Part shown: piece by piece, positions 1 through 8,314 of the stretch
Layout of the letters: each line of letters begins with the position of its first letter
Numbering within the stretch: the stretch's first letter is position 1
Assembly (NCBI GenBank): GCA_020249825.1
Contig: JADCEX010000279.1
Span: 680-64,679, forward strand
Length of the DNA: 64,000 nt
Origin: Roseomonas sp.
GTDB lineage: Bacteria > Pseudomonadota > Alphaproteobacteria > Acetobacterales > Acetobacteraceae
Reading direction: 5' to 3'
Program-made: the position numbers and the translations under genes
Notes under the pieces: generated by a model
The model's input: only the letters and a program-made list of their open reading frames with translations
What the model was told of the DNA's origin: nothing
The model's database searches: none

Positions 1-845
1 GCGGAACCAACCACAGGCCGCCCAGCGGCGCGGAATTCGCGAATGCTGGCAGTGTAGAAGGGATGAACCGCCGCCACCGCCACGCTATCCAAAGCCGCGT
101 AAAGATCGCGCCATTCCCGCGCTGGGGTTTGCGGCGCCAGCGTCAGCCCCATGGGCTGGATCAACGCACCAATGCCCGGCGGATCGGCGGGGAACAACTC
201 GCCAATCACCGCGATGCTGCGTTGATCCAGTGCGTAATCGCGTGGCCGTGCCACTGGACCAGCCTCAGCCTCATTGCGTGCGTAGCGCAGCATGGCGCCC
301 GCCAGCACATCCTTGGCTTCTGCATGGGTCGGCACACCAAAGCCCGGCACATCAATTCCAATGACGCGCACGCCATTGATTTGCTTCGGCAGCAGGTCAA
401 GCGGTACGCCCGAAGCTGTGGGCACGCAGAGATTGGTGACGATGACCGCGTCATAATCCTCTGGCTTCGCCAGATCATGTACCGCGTCGCGAATATCCTC
501 GAAAAGCTTGCCGGTGACGAGGGTTTCCGAATTGAAGGGCACATAGCCCACCGTGCGGCGCGCGCCATAGAAATGGCTTGTGAAAGTCAGCCCATAAACG
601 CAGCAAGCACTACCGGAAAGGATAGTCGCAACGCGGCGCATGCGCAAACCAACGCGCAAAGACCCAAAGGCCGGGCACATGGATTGCGGCTGGTCATGCG
701 GCCCGCGCGGATAATCAGCGGCGAGCTTATCCATCACTTCGGATTTGCCAGCAGCACACGCGGCAGCTTCCAGCGTTTCCCGCCCGCCATGGCAGGCAGC
801 GCCTTCAGCGGCAGCAGGCGGCGAAGGAGGGGGAAGCGTGTCCAT
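1..845 (-). CDS. bchY: chlorophyllide a reductase subunit Y (partial, runs off the left edge)
   Basis: Manual translation from ATG at 845 gives MDTLPPPSPPAAAEGAACHGGRETLEAAA..., resembling the BchY N-terminus; lies directly after bchX. Confidence 0.9.
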   Translation of the reverse strand, partial: MDTLPPPSPPAAAEGAACHGGRETLEAAACAAGKSEVMDKLAADYPRGPHDQPQSMCPAFGSLRVGLRMRRVATILSGSACCVYGLTFTSHFYGARRTVGYVPFNSETLVTGKLFEDIRDAVHDLAKPEDYDAVIVTNLCVPTASGVPLDLLPKQINGVRVIGIDVPGFGVPTHAEAKDVLAGAMLRYARNEAEAGPVARPRDYALDQRSIAVIGELFPADPPGIGALIQPMGLTLAPQTPAREWRDLYAALDSVAVAAVHPFYTASIREFRAAGRPVVGS

Positions 846-849
846 GCCC

Positions 850-1866
850 TCAGACGCCCTCATACACCACTTCAAGGGATGGCTTGTTCAGCACTTCAGC
901 GGCGCACATGTCTTCCATGGTGGCGGGATTCAGCACTACGCCACGGCCCACGGCTTCGCCCTTGAACAGGCCAAGCAGGTTTTCCTGGCTCAAAGGCGTG
1001 GGGCGCAGCGGCGGCGCTTCCGCTACCTGAACCGCGAGCTGCTCGAATACCGAAGCCCAGCGACCACCCGGCTTGCCGATGATTTCGTAATTCGCCGATT
1101 TGCGACGAATATCTTCATCCGCCGGAATGGCGGCGAGTACGGGAATGCCAGCTTCAGCGGCGAAGGCATGGGCTTCACCCGTGCCATCATCCTTGTTGAT
1201 GACCATGCCGGCCACGCCGACATTGCCGCCAAGCTTGCGGAAATACTCCACCGCGGAACACACATTATTCGCGACATAGAGCGATTGCAGGTCATTCGAC
1301 CCAACCACAATCACCTTCTGGCACATGTCGCGCGCAATCGGCAGACCGAAACCGCCGCAGACCACATCGCCCAAAAAGTCGAGCAGGACGTAGTCAAAAT
1401 CCCATTGATGAAAGCCAAGCTTTTCCAGCAATTCGAAGCCATGGATGATGCCGCGCCCACCGCAACCGCGGCCCACTTCCGGGCCGCCTAATTCCATGGC
1501 GAAAACACCATCGCGCTTGAAGCAGACATCGCCGATGGCAACGGCCTCACCAGCGGCTTTCTTCTTCGATGATGTTTCAATGATGGTCGGGCAGGACCGC
1601 CCGCCAAACAGAAGCGATGTGGTATCGCTTTTCGGGTCGCAGCCAATCAGCAACACGCGCTTGCCCTGCTGCGCCATCATGTAGCTGAGGTTCGCGAGCG
1701 TGAATGATTTGCCGATGCCACCCTTGCCATAAATGGCAATGATCTGCGTTTTCTTGGCCGCCGGTGATGTCTGCACCGGATCAAGCGGCGCCGCCGCTTC
1801 CGCGCGCAGCGCATCGCGCATGCCATTGATAGAAGGACCGCTTGGCTTCCCCGGGACAGCATTCAT
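850..1866 (-). CDS. bchX: chlorophyllide a reductase iron protein subunit X
   Basis: [10 protein letters not shown]-loop, [28 protein letters not shown]; C-terminus PSLEVVYE; bchCXY order. Confidence 0.97.
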   Translation of the reverse strand: MNAVPGKPSGPSINGMRDALRAEAAAPLDPVQTSPAAKKTQIIAIYGKGGIGKSFTLANLSYMMAQQGKRVLLIGCDPKSDTTSLLFGGRSCPTIIETSSKKKAAGEAVAIGDVCFKRDGVFAMELGGPEVGRGCGGRGIIHGFELLEKLGFHQWDFDYVLLDFLGDVVCGGFGLPIARDMCQKVIVVGSNDLQSLYVANNVCSAVEYFRKLGGNVGVAGMVINKDDGTGEAHAFAAEAGIPVLAAIPADEDIRRKSANYEIIGKPGGRWASVFEQLAVQVAEAPPLRPTPLSQENLLGLFKGEAVGRGVVLNPATMEDMCAAEVLNKPSLEVVYEGV

Positions 1867-2804
1867 TGTTTGTTTCTCCAGTCCAGAACCATTTTGAGGC
1901 AGGCAGGATCTTCGAAAGCCTGACGATAGGCTTCGGGCGCGTCATCAGCGGCGGCGTGATGCGTAATCAGCCCCGCCAACGAAAGCCGGCGCGCGGCAAT
2001 CAGCGCATTCACCGCATCCAAATCGGGTTGCTTCCATTCGGCAGCGATGGCGATTCGCGCTTCACGCATGAAGGCGGGCGGAAAGGCGAAGGAAAGCGGC
2101 GCGCTATAGAAACCCGCCAGCGTCACCACACCACCAGGCGCCAAGCGCGTGATCAGCGCATCCAATAGCGCAGCATCACCGCTGACATCACAAATCGCGC
2201 GATAATCGCGACGCGCATCTTCGGCCGGATCACACACAACATAGCCATGCGCGCCGTCGCGCCGCGCCGCATTGCTTTCCCAAACCATCGGCGCGGGATG
2301 GCCGGCGGCGATGATGATGCGCGCCAGCAAGCGCCCCAGCACACCATGGCCAATGATCAATTCAGGAATCGCACCATGCGGCAGAACCATGGCGTGATGC
2401 GCGGTGGCGGCCAGCGCCAATAAAACCGCATCCGCACCAAGCGCGGCATCCACCGGCGTCACGCGCGCCGCCGGCACCACCAGGCGCGCCGCAGCGCCAC
2501 CAAAAAGCCCGCGCACATCACCAAAGCAGCGCGCGCCAGGCACGAAGACCGCCTCACCAAGTGCCCTGCCCGCTTCCGCGCCGGCCTGCACAATGCGGCC
2601 CACCGATTCGTAACCTGGCACCAGCGGATAACCCATGCCGGGGAAGGGCGGCATGCGCCCGGACCAGAGCAGACGTTCCGTTCCAGTACTGATACCGCTC
2701 CAATCAATGTCAACAACAACATCCTGCGCGCCGGGCGGCGTCAATTTCAGTCGCGACAGCGAAAGCTGTTCGGGTGCGCTGAGCAGGATAGCGAGTGTTT
2801 CCAC
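1863..2804 (-). CDS. bchC: bacteriochlorophyllide a (2-hydroxyethyl) dehydrogenase
   Basis: WSGISTGTERLLWSGRMPPFPGMGYPLVPGYE and C-terminal CLKMVLDW; GTG start at 2804 chosen for the upstream GGGGGAG RBS. Confidence 0.95.
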   Translation of the reverse strand: METLAILLSAPEQLSLSRLKLTPPGAQDVVVDIDWSGISTGTERLLWSGRMPPFPGMGYPLVPGYESVGRIVQAGAEAGRALGEAVFVPGARCFGDVRGLFGGAAARLVVPAARVTPVDAALGADAVLLALAATAHHAMVLPHGAIPELIIGHGVLGRLLARIIIAAGHPAPMVWESNAARRDGAHGYVVCDPAEDARRDYRAICDVSGDAALLDALITRLAPGGVVTLAGFYSAPLSFAFPPAFMREARIAIAAEWKQPDLDAVNALIAARRLSLAGLITHHAAADDAPEAYRQAFEDPACLKMVLDWRNKQ

Positions 2805-2826
2805 TCTTGGACTCCCCCTTGGGTTT

Positions 2827-2870
2827 TGTAACTCTAATGTGACGCGTGTCTCTGTCAAGTTAAATTGACA
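2827..2870. promoter_or_regulatory. tandem PpsR/CrtJ boxes, bchC promoter
   Basis: TGTAACTCTAATGTGACG (2827-2844, 1 mismatch) and TGTCAAGTTAAATTGACA (2853-2870, perfect TGT-N12-ACA), 8 bp apart, the known bchC promoter architecture. Confidence 0.9.
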
Positions 2871-2889
2871 ATAAATTAGTCAGACCAGT

Positions 2890-4056
2890 TCAACCGGCGG
2901 CATCGGCCTGCATCACGCGGGTCAACAGCGGCGTATCGGTGGGCAGCAAGCGCGCGCCGCTGAAGCCGGCGGCGGCCAGCATCGCGGCCAGTTCATCCGG
3001 CCGGCGCGGGCGACCCCTGCCCATCGCCAGCAGGTAAAAGCCGAAATAGGCGCCGCCCATGGGCTCGGCCCCGGCGGTGCCGGCCATCGGTTCGGCAATC
3101 AGCACTCGCCCGCCCTTGGGCAGGGCCGCGCGCACACGCCGCAGCAGGGCTTGCACCACATCATCATCATGGTCGTGCAGTACGCGCACCAGGCTGATGA
3201 TATCGGCGCCCAGGGGTAGCGAATCGGTCGTGAAATCCCCGCCCATCGCCATGGCGCGATCGGAAAGCCCTTCCCGGGCAAAGCGTTGGCGGCCCTGTTC
3301 GGCCACCGCCGGCAGGTCGAACAGCAACAGATCCAGAGCTGGGGTTGCCTTGCCGACAGCGGTCAGAAAGGCGCCGCTGCCGCCGCCCACATCCATCAGC
3401 CGTCGATGGGCGCCGAAGCGGTAAGCCGCCAAGACTTCCTGCGCCACCATGGGCTGGCTGGCCGCCATCAAGGCCGTGTAATCGGCTACTTTTTCGCCCG
3501 GCAGCGCCCCCGGCTGCGCGGCGCCGGCATAGGCCCAATACTGCGCCAAAGCCGTGCCGCCCCTTTCGCGGCGGAGCAATTCCACCGGATCGGCCAAATC
3601 CGCGTAGAGCATCGCGTGGTGTTCCACCATGGCGGCAATCCCCGGATTGCCGATCATGGCCGCGCCCAATTCGCCAAGCGCCCAGGCGCCATCCGCCCGC
3701 CGGCGCACCAGCCGGAGCGATTCGGCCGCCACCAAAAGCCGGCTCATGGCTTCAGGCGAAAGCCCGAGTCGCGCCGCCAAGGCGCGTTCTTCCGCCGGGG
3801 CTTCGTGCAAAGCCTCAAACAGTTTCAGCCGCACACAGGCGGCCAGCACCTGCGAATAGACAAAGCCAGCGCAGAGATCGAATAATTCCCGCGCGCGGCG
3901 CCGCGCCAGCGGGCGGGTCAACGGAAAACGCGCGGCCCAGGCACGGAAGCCAGGACGCGCCGTCAGTGATTCGCGCCAAGCGCTGAAACGATCAGACCAG
4001 GACAACCCCTGATCCCCGTCAGCCCTTTGCGGGGGCAGCGGCATGGCCCTCGCCAT
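2890..4056 (-). CDS. crtF: carotenoid (hydroxyneurosporene/demethylspheroidene) O-methyltransferase
   Basis: LFDLCAGFVYSQVL, MDVGGGSG SAM motif, LVRVLHDHDD, YFGFYLLAMGRGRPR; located between crtE and bchC. Confidence 0.93.
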   Translation of the reverse strand: MARAMPLPPQRADGDQGLSWSDRFSAWRESLTARPGFRAWAARFPLTRPLARRRARELFDLCAGFVYSQVLAACVRLKLFEALHEAPAEERALAARLGLSPEAMSRLLVAAESLRLVRRRADGAWALGELGAAMIGNPGIAAMVEHHAMLYADLADPVELLRRERGGTALAQYWAYAGAAQPGALPGEKVADYTALMAASQPMVAQEVLAAYRFGAHRRLMDVGGGSGAFLTAVGKATPALDLLLFDLPAVAEQGRQRFAREGLSDRAMAMGGDFTTDSLPLGADIISLVRVLHDHDDDVVQALLRRVRAALPKGGRVLIAEPMAGTAGAEPMGGAYFGFYLLAMGRGRPRRPDELAAMLAAAGFSGARLLPTDTPLLTRVMQADAAG

Positions 4057-4059
4057 GGT

Positions 4060-4926
4060 TCAGGCCGCGGCCAGCTTGCGCGGCAAAAGCCGCCCCACTT
4101 CATCCAGCATGGCCGCGCGCAGCAAGGTGCGGCCAGGGCAGGCAGGAATCGCCTCCACCGCCGCATTCGCCAGCGTCTTCAGCCGCGCGACCGCGCCATC
4201 CAGGCCCAATTGCAGCACGGCGGATGGCCGGCCCAATGCCTTATCGCGCCCAACAGGCTTGCCGATGCTGGCTTCATCTTCCACGGCATCGCGCAAATCA
4301 TCCGCCACCTGGAACGCCTCACCCAGCCGATCCCCCAGTAAGCGCCAGGCTTCGGCGTCGGCGACACCTGCCGCCGCAGCGCCGGCAACCGATGCGGCGG
4401 CGAAAAGCGCGCCGGTCTTTTGCCGCTGATATTCGGAAAGATCGGCGCGCGGTTCGCATTCCCAGGCCTGCCCGGCAACAATGCCAAAGGGCACGCCTAC
4501 GCCATCGCCAATGGCATTGATCACGGGGCCAAGCCGTTCCGGCGCGGCGCAGCCAGCGCGCGCCACAGTTTGGAAGGCCAGAACAATCAAGGCATCCCCG
4601 GCGAGCACCGCAAGGGGTTCGCCAAAGGCGCGATGCACAGAAGGCCGGCCCCGGCGCATATCCGCATCATCAAAACAGGGCAGGTCATCATGCACCAGGC
4701 TGGCGCAATGCAGCAGTTCAATCGCCGACGCAGCAGCGCTGGCAAGCCTTGGCTGGTCATCACCGCAAGCAGCAGCAACTGCGAGGGTTAGCCGGGGGCG
4801 AATGCGCGCCCCTTTCGGGAAAACCGCGTGCCGCAGCGCGGCGGCGAGGCGGGGCGGGGTGCCGCTCGTCTCGGCGGAGAGCACCGCGTCTGCGAGGCTG
4901 CTCTCAATACGGGCCAAGGCGTCCAT
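4060..4926 (-). CDS. crtE: geranylgeranyl pyrophosphate synthase
   Basis: HCASLVHDDLPCFDDADMRRGRP, AGQAWE, KTGALF, FQVADDLRD prenyltransferase motifs. Confidence 0.95.
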   Translation of the reverse strand: MDALARIESSLADAVLSAETSGTPPRLAAALRHAVFPKGARIRPRLTLAVAAACGDDQPRLASAAASAIELLHCASLVHDDLPCFDDADMRRGRPSVHRAFGEPLAVLAGDALIVLAFQTVARAGCAAPERLGPVINAIGDGVGVPFGIVAGQAWECEPRADLSEYQRQKTGALFAAASVAGAAAAGVADAEAWRLLGDRLGEAFQVADDLRDAVEDEASIGKPVGRDKALGRPSAVLQLGLDGAVARLKTLANAAVEAIPACPGRTLLRAAMLDEVGRLLPRKLAAA

Positions 4927-4971
4927 GCGGGACCTCCGGAAGGGTGGCGCGAGCCTATCGCGGCAGCCTAG

Positions 4972-5015
4972 TGTAAGTTTTTTGCTACTTTTTTTATTGT
5001 CCAGTTATCTTGACA
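4972..5015. promoter_or_regulatory. tandem PpsR/CrtJ boxes, crtE promoter
   Basis: TGTAAGTTTTTTGCTACT (4972-4989, 1 mismatch) and TGTCCAGTTATCTTGACA (4998-5015, perfect), 8 bp apart, in an AT-rich patch upstream of crtE. Confidence 0.85.
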
Positions 5016-5032
5016 CTTATGTCAAGGCTTTT

Positions 5033-6070
5033 TCACGCACGCGCCGCAAATCGCGTGTCACGATCCGCGCGGTCCATCAATTCCAGCGCCCAAACCAGCC
5101 TTTCGCCGTAGCCAGCGCCAAGCGGCGGCCCTTCGGGTGCGGGGGCTGCGCGCACCGCATCCACCAGAAAGCGCGTGGCGGCTGATGGCGCTTCATCCGC
5201 GCCATCCTGCTGCGCAGCCAGCGCGCCAGCAGCACGCGCCAAAAGCCAAGCCTTGCGCCGGCCTGACACCACCGCACGGCGAGAGACGGAATCAAGGCCC
5301 TGGCGTTCAACTTCTCGACCGATTTCGGCATAGACTAGGCGCGCGGCGCCAATGCCTGGGCGGCAATCCCAAGGCAGCAACGCAATGCCCGGCCAGGCGC
5401 GGCGATAATGCGCTTCCGCGGCCCCCAACAGCCGCGCCACCACGCGCCCCAGCGCGGGCGAAAAAGCCGGATTGGCGATCAGCCCTTCCGCCGAAAGCCC
5501 TTCCTCAGCCAGCCAGGATTGGGGAAGATAGACACGCCCTGCCTTGGCATCTTCGCCGACATCACGGGCAATATTGGTCAACTGCATGGCAAGGCCAAGA
5601 TCGCAGGCGCGCGCAATCGCTTCCGGCGAACGCACGCCCATCAGCAGCGTCATCATCGCGCCAACAGTCGCTGCAACGCGCGCGGCATAGGATTCAAGCG
5701 CGGCGATATCTTCGTAAAATCGGCCCTCTGCATCCCATGCAAAGCCTTCCAGCAGCGCCGCCGGCAGGGCGCGCGGGACGCCATATTGCTCAACTACCGC
5801 TGCAAAAGCGCGATCCGCCACATGATCCCAAGGCCGCCCGGCATAGGCACCATCAAGGCGCTGATGCAAAAGATTGAGCGAGGCTGATGGGTCATCGCTC
5901 ATGTCAATCGCGTCATCCGCAACACGGCAAAAGGCGTAAAGTGCGGCAGCCGGGGCGGCGATGCGGCGCGGCAGAAGGAAGGATGCGGCGCGGAAGCTTT
6001 TGGAACCGCCCGCAAGCAGCTTGTTGCAGGCCGCAAGATCTTCAGCCGAAATGCCGGTCAGTCCAGACAT
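5033..6070 (-). CDS. crtB: phytoene synthase
   Basis: GSKSF, LYAFCRVADDAID, LGLAMQLTNIARDVGEDAKAGRVYLP. Confidence 0.95.
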   Translation of the reverse strand: MSGLTGISAEDLAACNKLLAGGSKSFRAASFLLPRRIAAPAAALYAFCRVADDAIDMSDDPSASLNLLHQRLDGAYAGRPWDHVADRAFAAVVEQYGVPRALPAALLEGFAWDAEGRFYEDIAALESYAARVAATVGAMMTLLMGVRSPEAIARACDLGLAMQLTNIARDVGEDAKAGRVYLPQSWLAEEGLSAEGLIANPAFSPALGRVVARLLGAAEAHYRRAWPGIALLPWDCRPGIGAARLVYAEIGREVERQGLDSVSRRAVVSGRRKAWLLARAAGALAAQQDGADEAPSAATRFLVDAVRAAPAPEGPPLGAGYGERLVWALELMDRADRDTRFAARA

Positions 6071-6106
6071 GCGCCCCTCCCATACGGATGAATTTTCTTG
6101 ATTGCT

Positions 6107-7405
6107 TCAGTCATGATCACGCGTCCGGCGCCGGAAGCGACGCATCCCAAGTGCTACGGCCACTGCGATCACAGGAATGGCGATGCTGGTGGCAATTTCC
6201 TCGCGCAGGGCATAGCCTGATGTCGCCAGACCCTTGGCCAAGTAGGAAACGAGCCCAACCACATAATAAGTGATGGCCGCAACCGAAAAACCTTCCACGG
6301 CCTGCTGCAATTTTACTTGCTGGCGCGCGCGCCGTTCCATGGAAGCGAGCAGCGCCTGGTTCTGCCGCTCTCGCGTGATGTCCACGCGCGTGGAAAGTAG
6401 CTGCGTCGCACGCGCCACGCGTTGGGAGAGCATTTCCTGCCGCGCGGCGACCGCCTGGCAGGTATTCATGGCCGGCGCCAAGCGACGTTCGGTGAATTCG
6501 CCGAAGGTCTGCATGCCTTCCATGCGCAATTCACGCAATTCCTGAATGCGGTTGCGGACCAATTCGTAATAGGCGGCGGCAGCGGAAAAGCGGAAACGAT
6601 GGCGCGATTCGCGGCTTTCCGCTTCGGCCGCCATGCGCGTCAGGCGTTGCAGCAGCAACGGTTCATCCGCTTCCTGCGCTTCCACCAGCGCCGCGCTGAT
6701 TTCCGCCAACTCACGTTCATGCGCACCAATTTGCGGCGCCACTTCCTGCGCCACCGGCAGCGCCAGCAGCGCCATGATGCGGTAGGTTTCCATCTCAAGC
6801 AGGCGCTGCGTAAGCCGCCCCGCCTGATAAGGCGACATGCCGCCATCATAAATCAGGAAACGGCTGAAACCATCATCCTGGATACGAAAATCCGTGAAGG
6901 CATGTGCCTGGCCGCCAGCGAGCGGACCACCCACCAGCATGTGATCACGAAAATAGCGCCGCGAGATTTCACTGATGGCCAGCGGCACTTCCTTGGAAGC
7001 CAGCAATGTGACATGGGCCGCGGCAATCACCTGCCCAGGCAAGGCTTTCAGCCATTCCGCCGGCAAGGCATGGATCGCCGCCGCAGCGAAAGGTTCAGGC
7101 TCTGCGCCCGCGACCACCACCATGAAGCGGCTGAATTCACCATGCCTTTCCCATTTCAGGCGAAAGGGGCCGAAATCCGCACTGTAATGATTGGCACCGG
7201 GCGCCGGGGCCGGCACGGAAAAGCGCTGAGCCAGCGCGCAAAGTGCGGCCCAGGGCGCATCGCGCGCTTCATCGGTGCTCGGCAGTAGCGCAATCTGCGA
7301 AACGCGGCCGGGGGTAAACAGGATCTCCGGCGGACGCGCATGCACCTCATCATTCAATTCGATGCGTTTTGCATAGGATGGGGGAAGAACGGTATCGAAG
7401 CTCAT
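6107..7405 (-). CDS. DUF3422-family membrane-anchored protein
   Basis: LNDEVHARP, LKWERHGEF, AGRLTQRLLEMETYRIMALLALP, RRLAPAMNTC, LQQAVEGFSVAAITYYVVGL and C-terminal TM helices. Confidence 0.8.
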   Translation of the reverse strand: MSFDTVLPPSYAKRIELNDEVHARPPEILFTPGRVSQIALLPSTDEARDAPWAALCALAQRFSVPAPAPGANHYSADFGPFRLKWERHGEFSRFMVVVAGAEPEPFAAAAIHALPAEWLKALPGQVIAAAHVTLLASKEVPLAISEISRRYFRDHMLVGGPLAGGQAHAFTDFRIQDDGFSRFLIYDGGMSPYQAGRLTQRLLEMETYRIMALLALPVAQEVAPQIGAHERELAEISAALVEAQEADEPLLLQRLTRMAAEAESRESRHRFRFSAAAAYYELVRNRIQELRELRMEGMQTFGEFTERRLAPAMNTCQAVAARQEMLSQRVARATQLLSTRVDITRERQNQALLASMERRARQQVKLQQAVEGFSVAAITYYVVGLVSYLAKGLATSGYALREEIATSIAIPVIAVAVALGMRRFRRRTRDHD

Positions 7406-8310
7406 GCCGCCGCCCCGGTCACATGCTGTTCAAGATAGGACCATTCCTTGAACAGCGTATCCGCGACACGTTGCGGCGCTTCCTCATGCGCCAAATGACC
7501 CAGCCCTTCCAGGGTGATGATGCGCGCAGAGGGAAGAATGGCCTGGATGCGGCGCGCCTGCATGGGCGGCACGGCGCGATCCCGGCTACCGACCAACAGC
7601 ACAAGTGATGGCGTGAGGCGCGGCAGATCACGCAGCAAGGGGCGCAATTCCCATTGCGCCATCATCATGAGCGCGGCGCGAATATGGCCAGGATAACCAA
7701 AGAGCCGCGTATACAACTGCACGCCGCGCGGCCCAATATCGGACCCCGTATCGCGCAAGAGCTTGGCCGCCACTTCGTGCTTTGAGGCACGCCAGGCGCA
7801 AAGCTTGGATACAAAGGGCAGCCCCACCATGACCCGAGCAGCGCGGGTGAAGAAAGCCGCATGCTCATCACCCAAGGGCAGCAAGGCACCATTCAGGCTG
7901 AAGATGGCGCGCGGCGCGATGGTACCATTCAACGCCATGCGGAGCGCAATCGCCGCACCTGCCGAATGGCCCAGCACCATATCAGGCGAAAGCTGCAGCC
8001 TCTTCAGCAATGCATCCAAAGCTTCCGAAAAACCCGCAAGTGAAACCCGCGCCTGCGGCAGGCTGGATGTGAAGCCATGCCCCGGCAGATCAGGCGCGAT
8101 CAGCGTGAAATGGGGGGCGAGAATGGGCGCCAAATCGCGCCAACTATGCGTGGCCGCCGCCGTACCATGCAGCAACAACAGGCAAGGCCCCTGCCCCATG
8201 CGCTGCACATGCCAATGAAGCCCGCCGGCTTCGACAAATTGGCTCGAATCGCGATTAGGCCAATCGCAGCCATCTTTCTCCCAGATCGGAAAGTCTCCGG
8301 AAGCGGCCAT
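7402..8310 (-). CDS. bchO: alpha/beta hydrolase, magnesium chelatase accessory protein BchO
   Basis: DWPNR, LLLHGTAAATHSWRDL, GHSAG nucleophile, GHLAHEE; follows bchID; start trimmed to the ATG at 8310. Confidence 0.9.
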   Translation of the reverse strand: MAASGDFPIWEKDGCDWPNRDSSQFVEAGGLHWHVQRMGQGPCLLLLHGTAAATHSWRDLAPILAPHFTLIAPDLPGHGFTSSLPQARVSLAGFSEALDALLKRLQLSPDMVLGHSAGAAIALRMALNGTIAPRAIFSLNGALLPLGDEHAAFFTRAARVMVGLPFVSKLCAWRASKHEVAAKLLRDTGSDIGPRGVQLYTRLFGYPGHIRAALMMMAQWELRPLLRDLPRLTPSLVLLVGSRDRAVPPMQARRIQAILPSARIITLEGLGHLAHEEAPQRVADTLFKEWSYLEQHVTGAAA

Positions 8311-8314
8311 GGCA

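Noticed and set aside
1-845. Absence of pufBALM and bchZ as gene loss
   Set aside because: These genes normally follow bchY and would lie beyond the left window edge.
850-1866. NifH-like ATPases (also 19126-20037) as nitrogenase
   Set aside because: Sequence signatures and context identify them as BchX and BchL.
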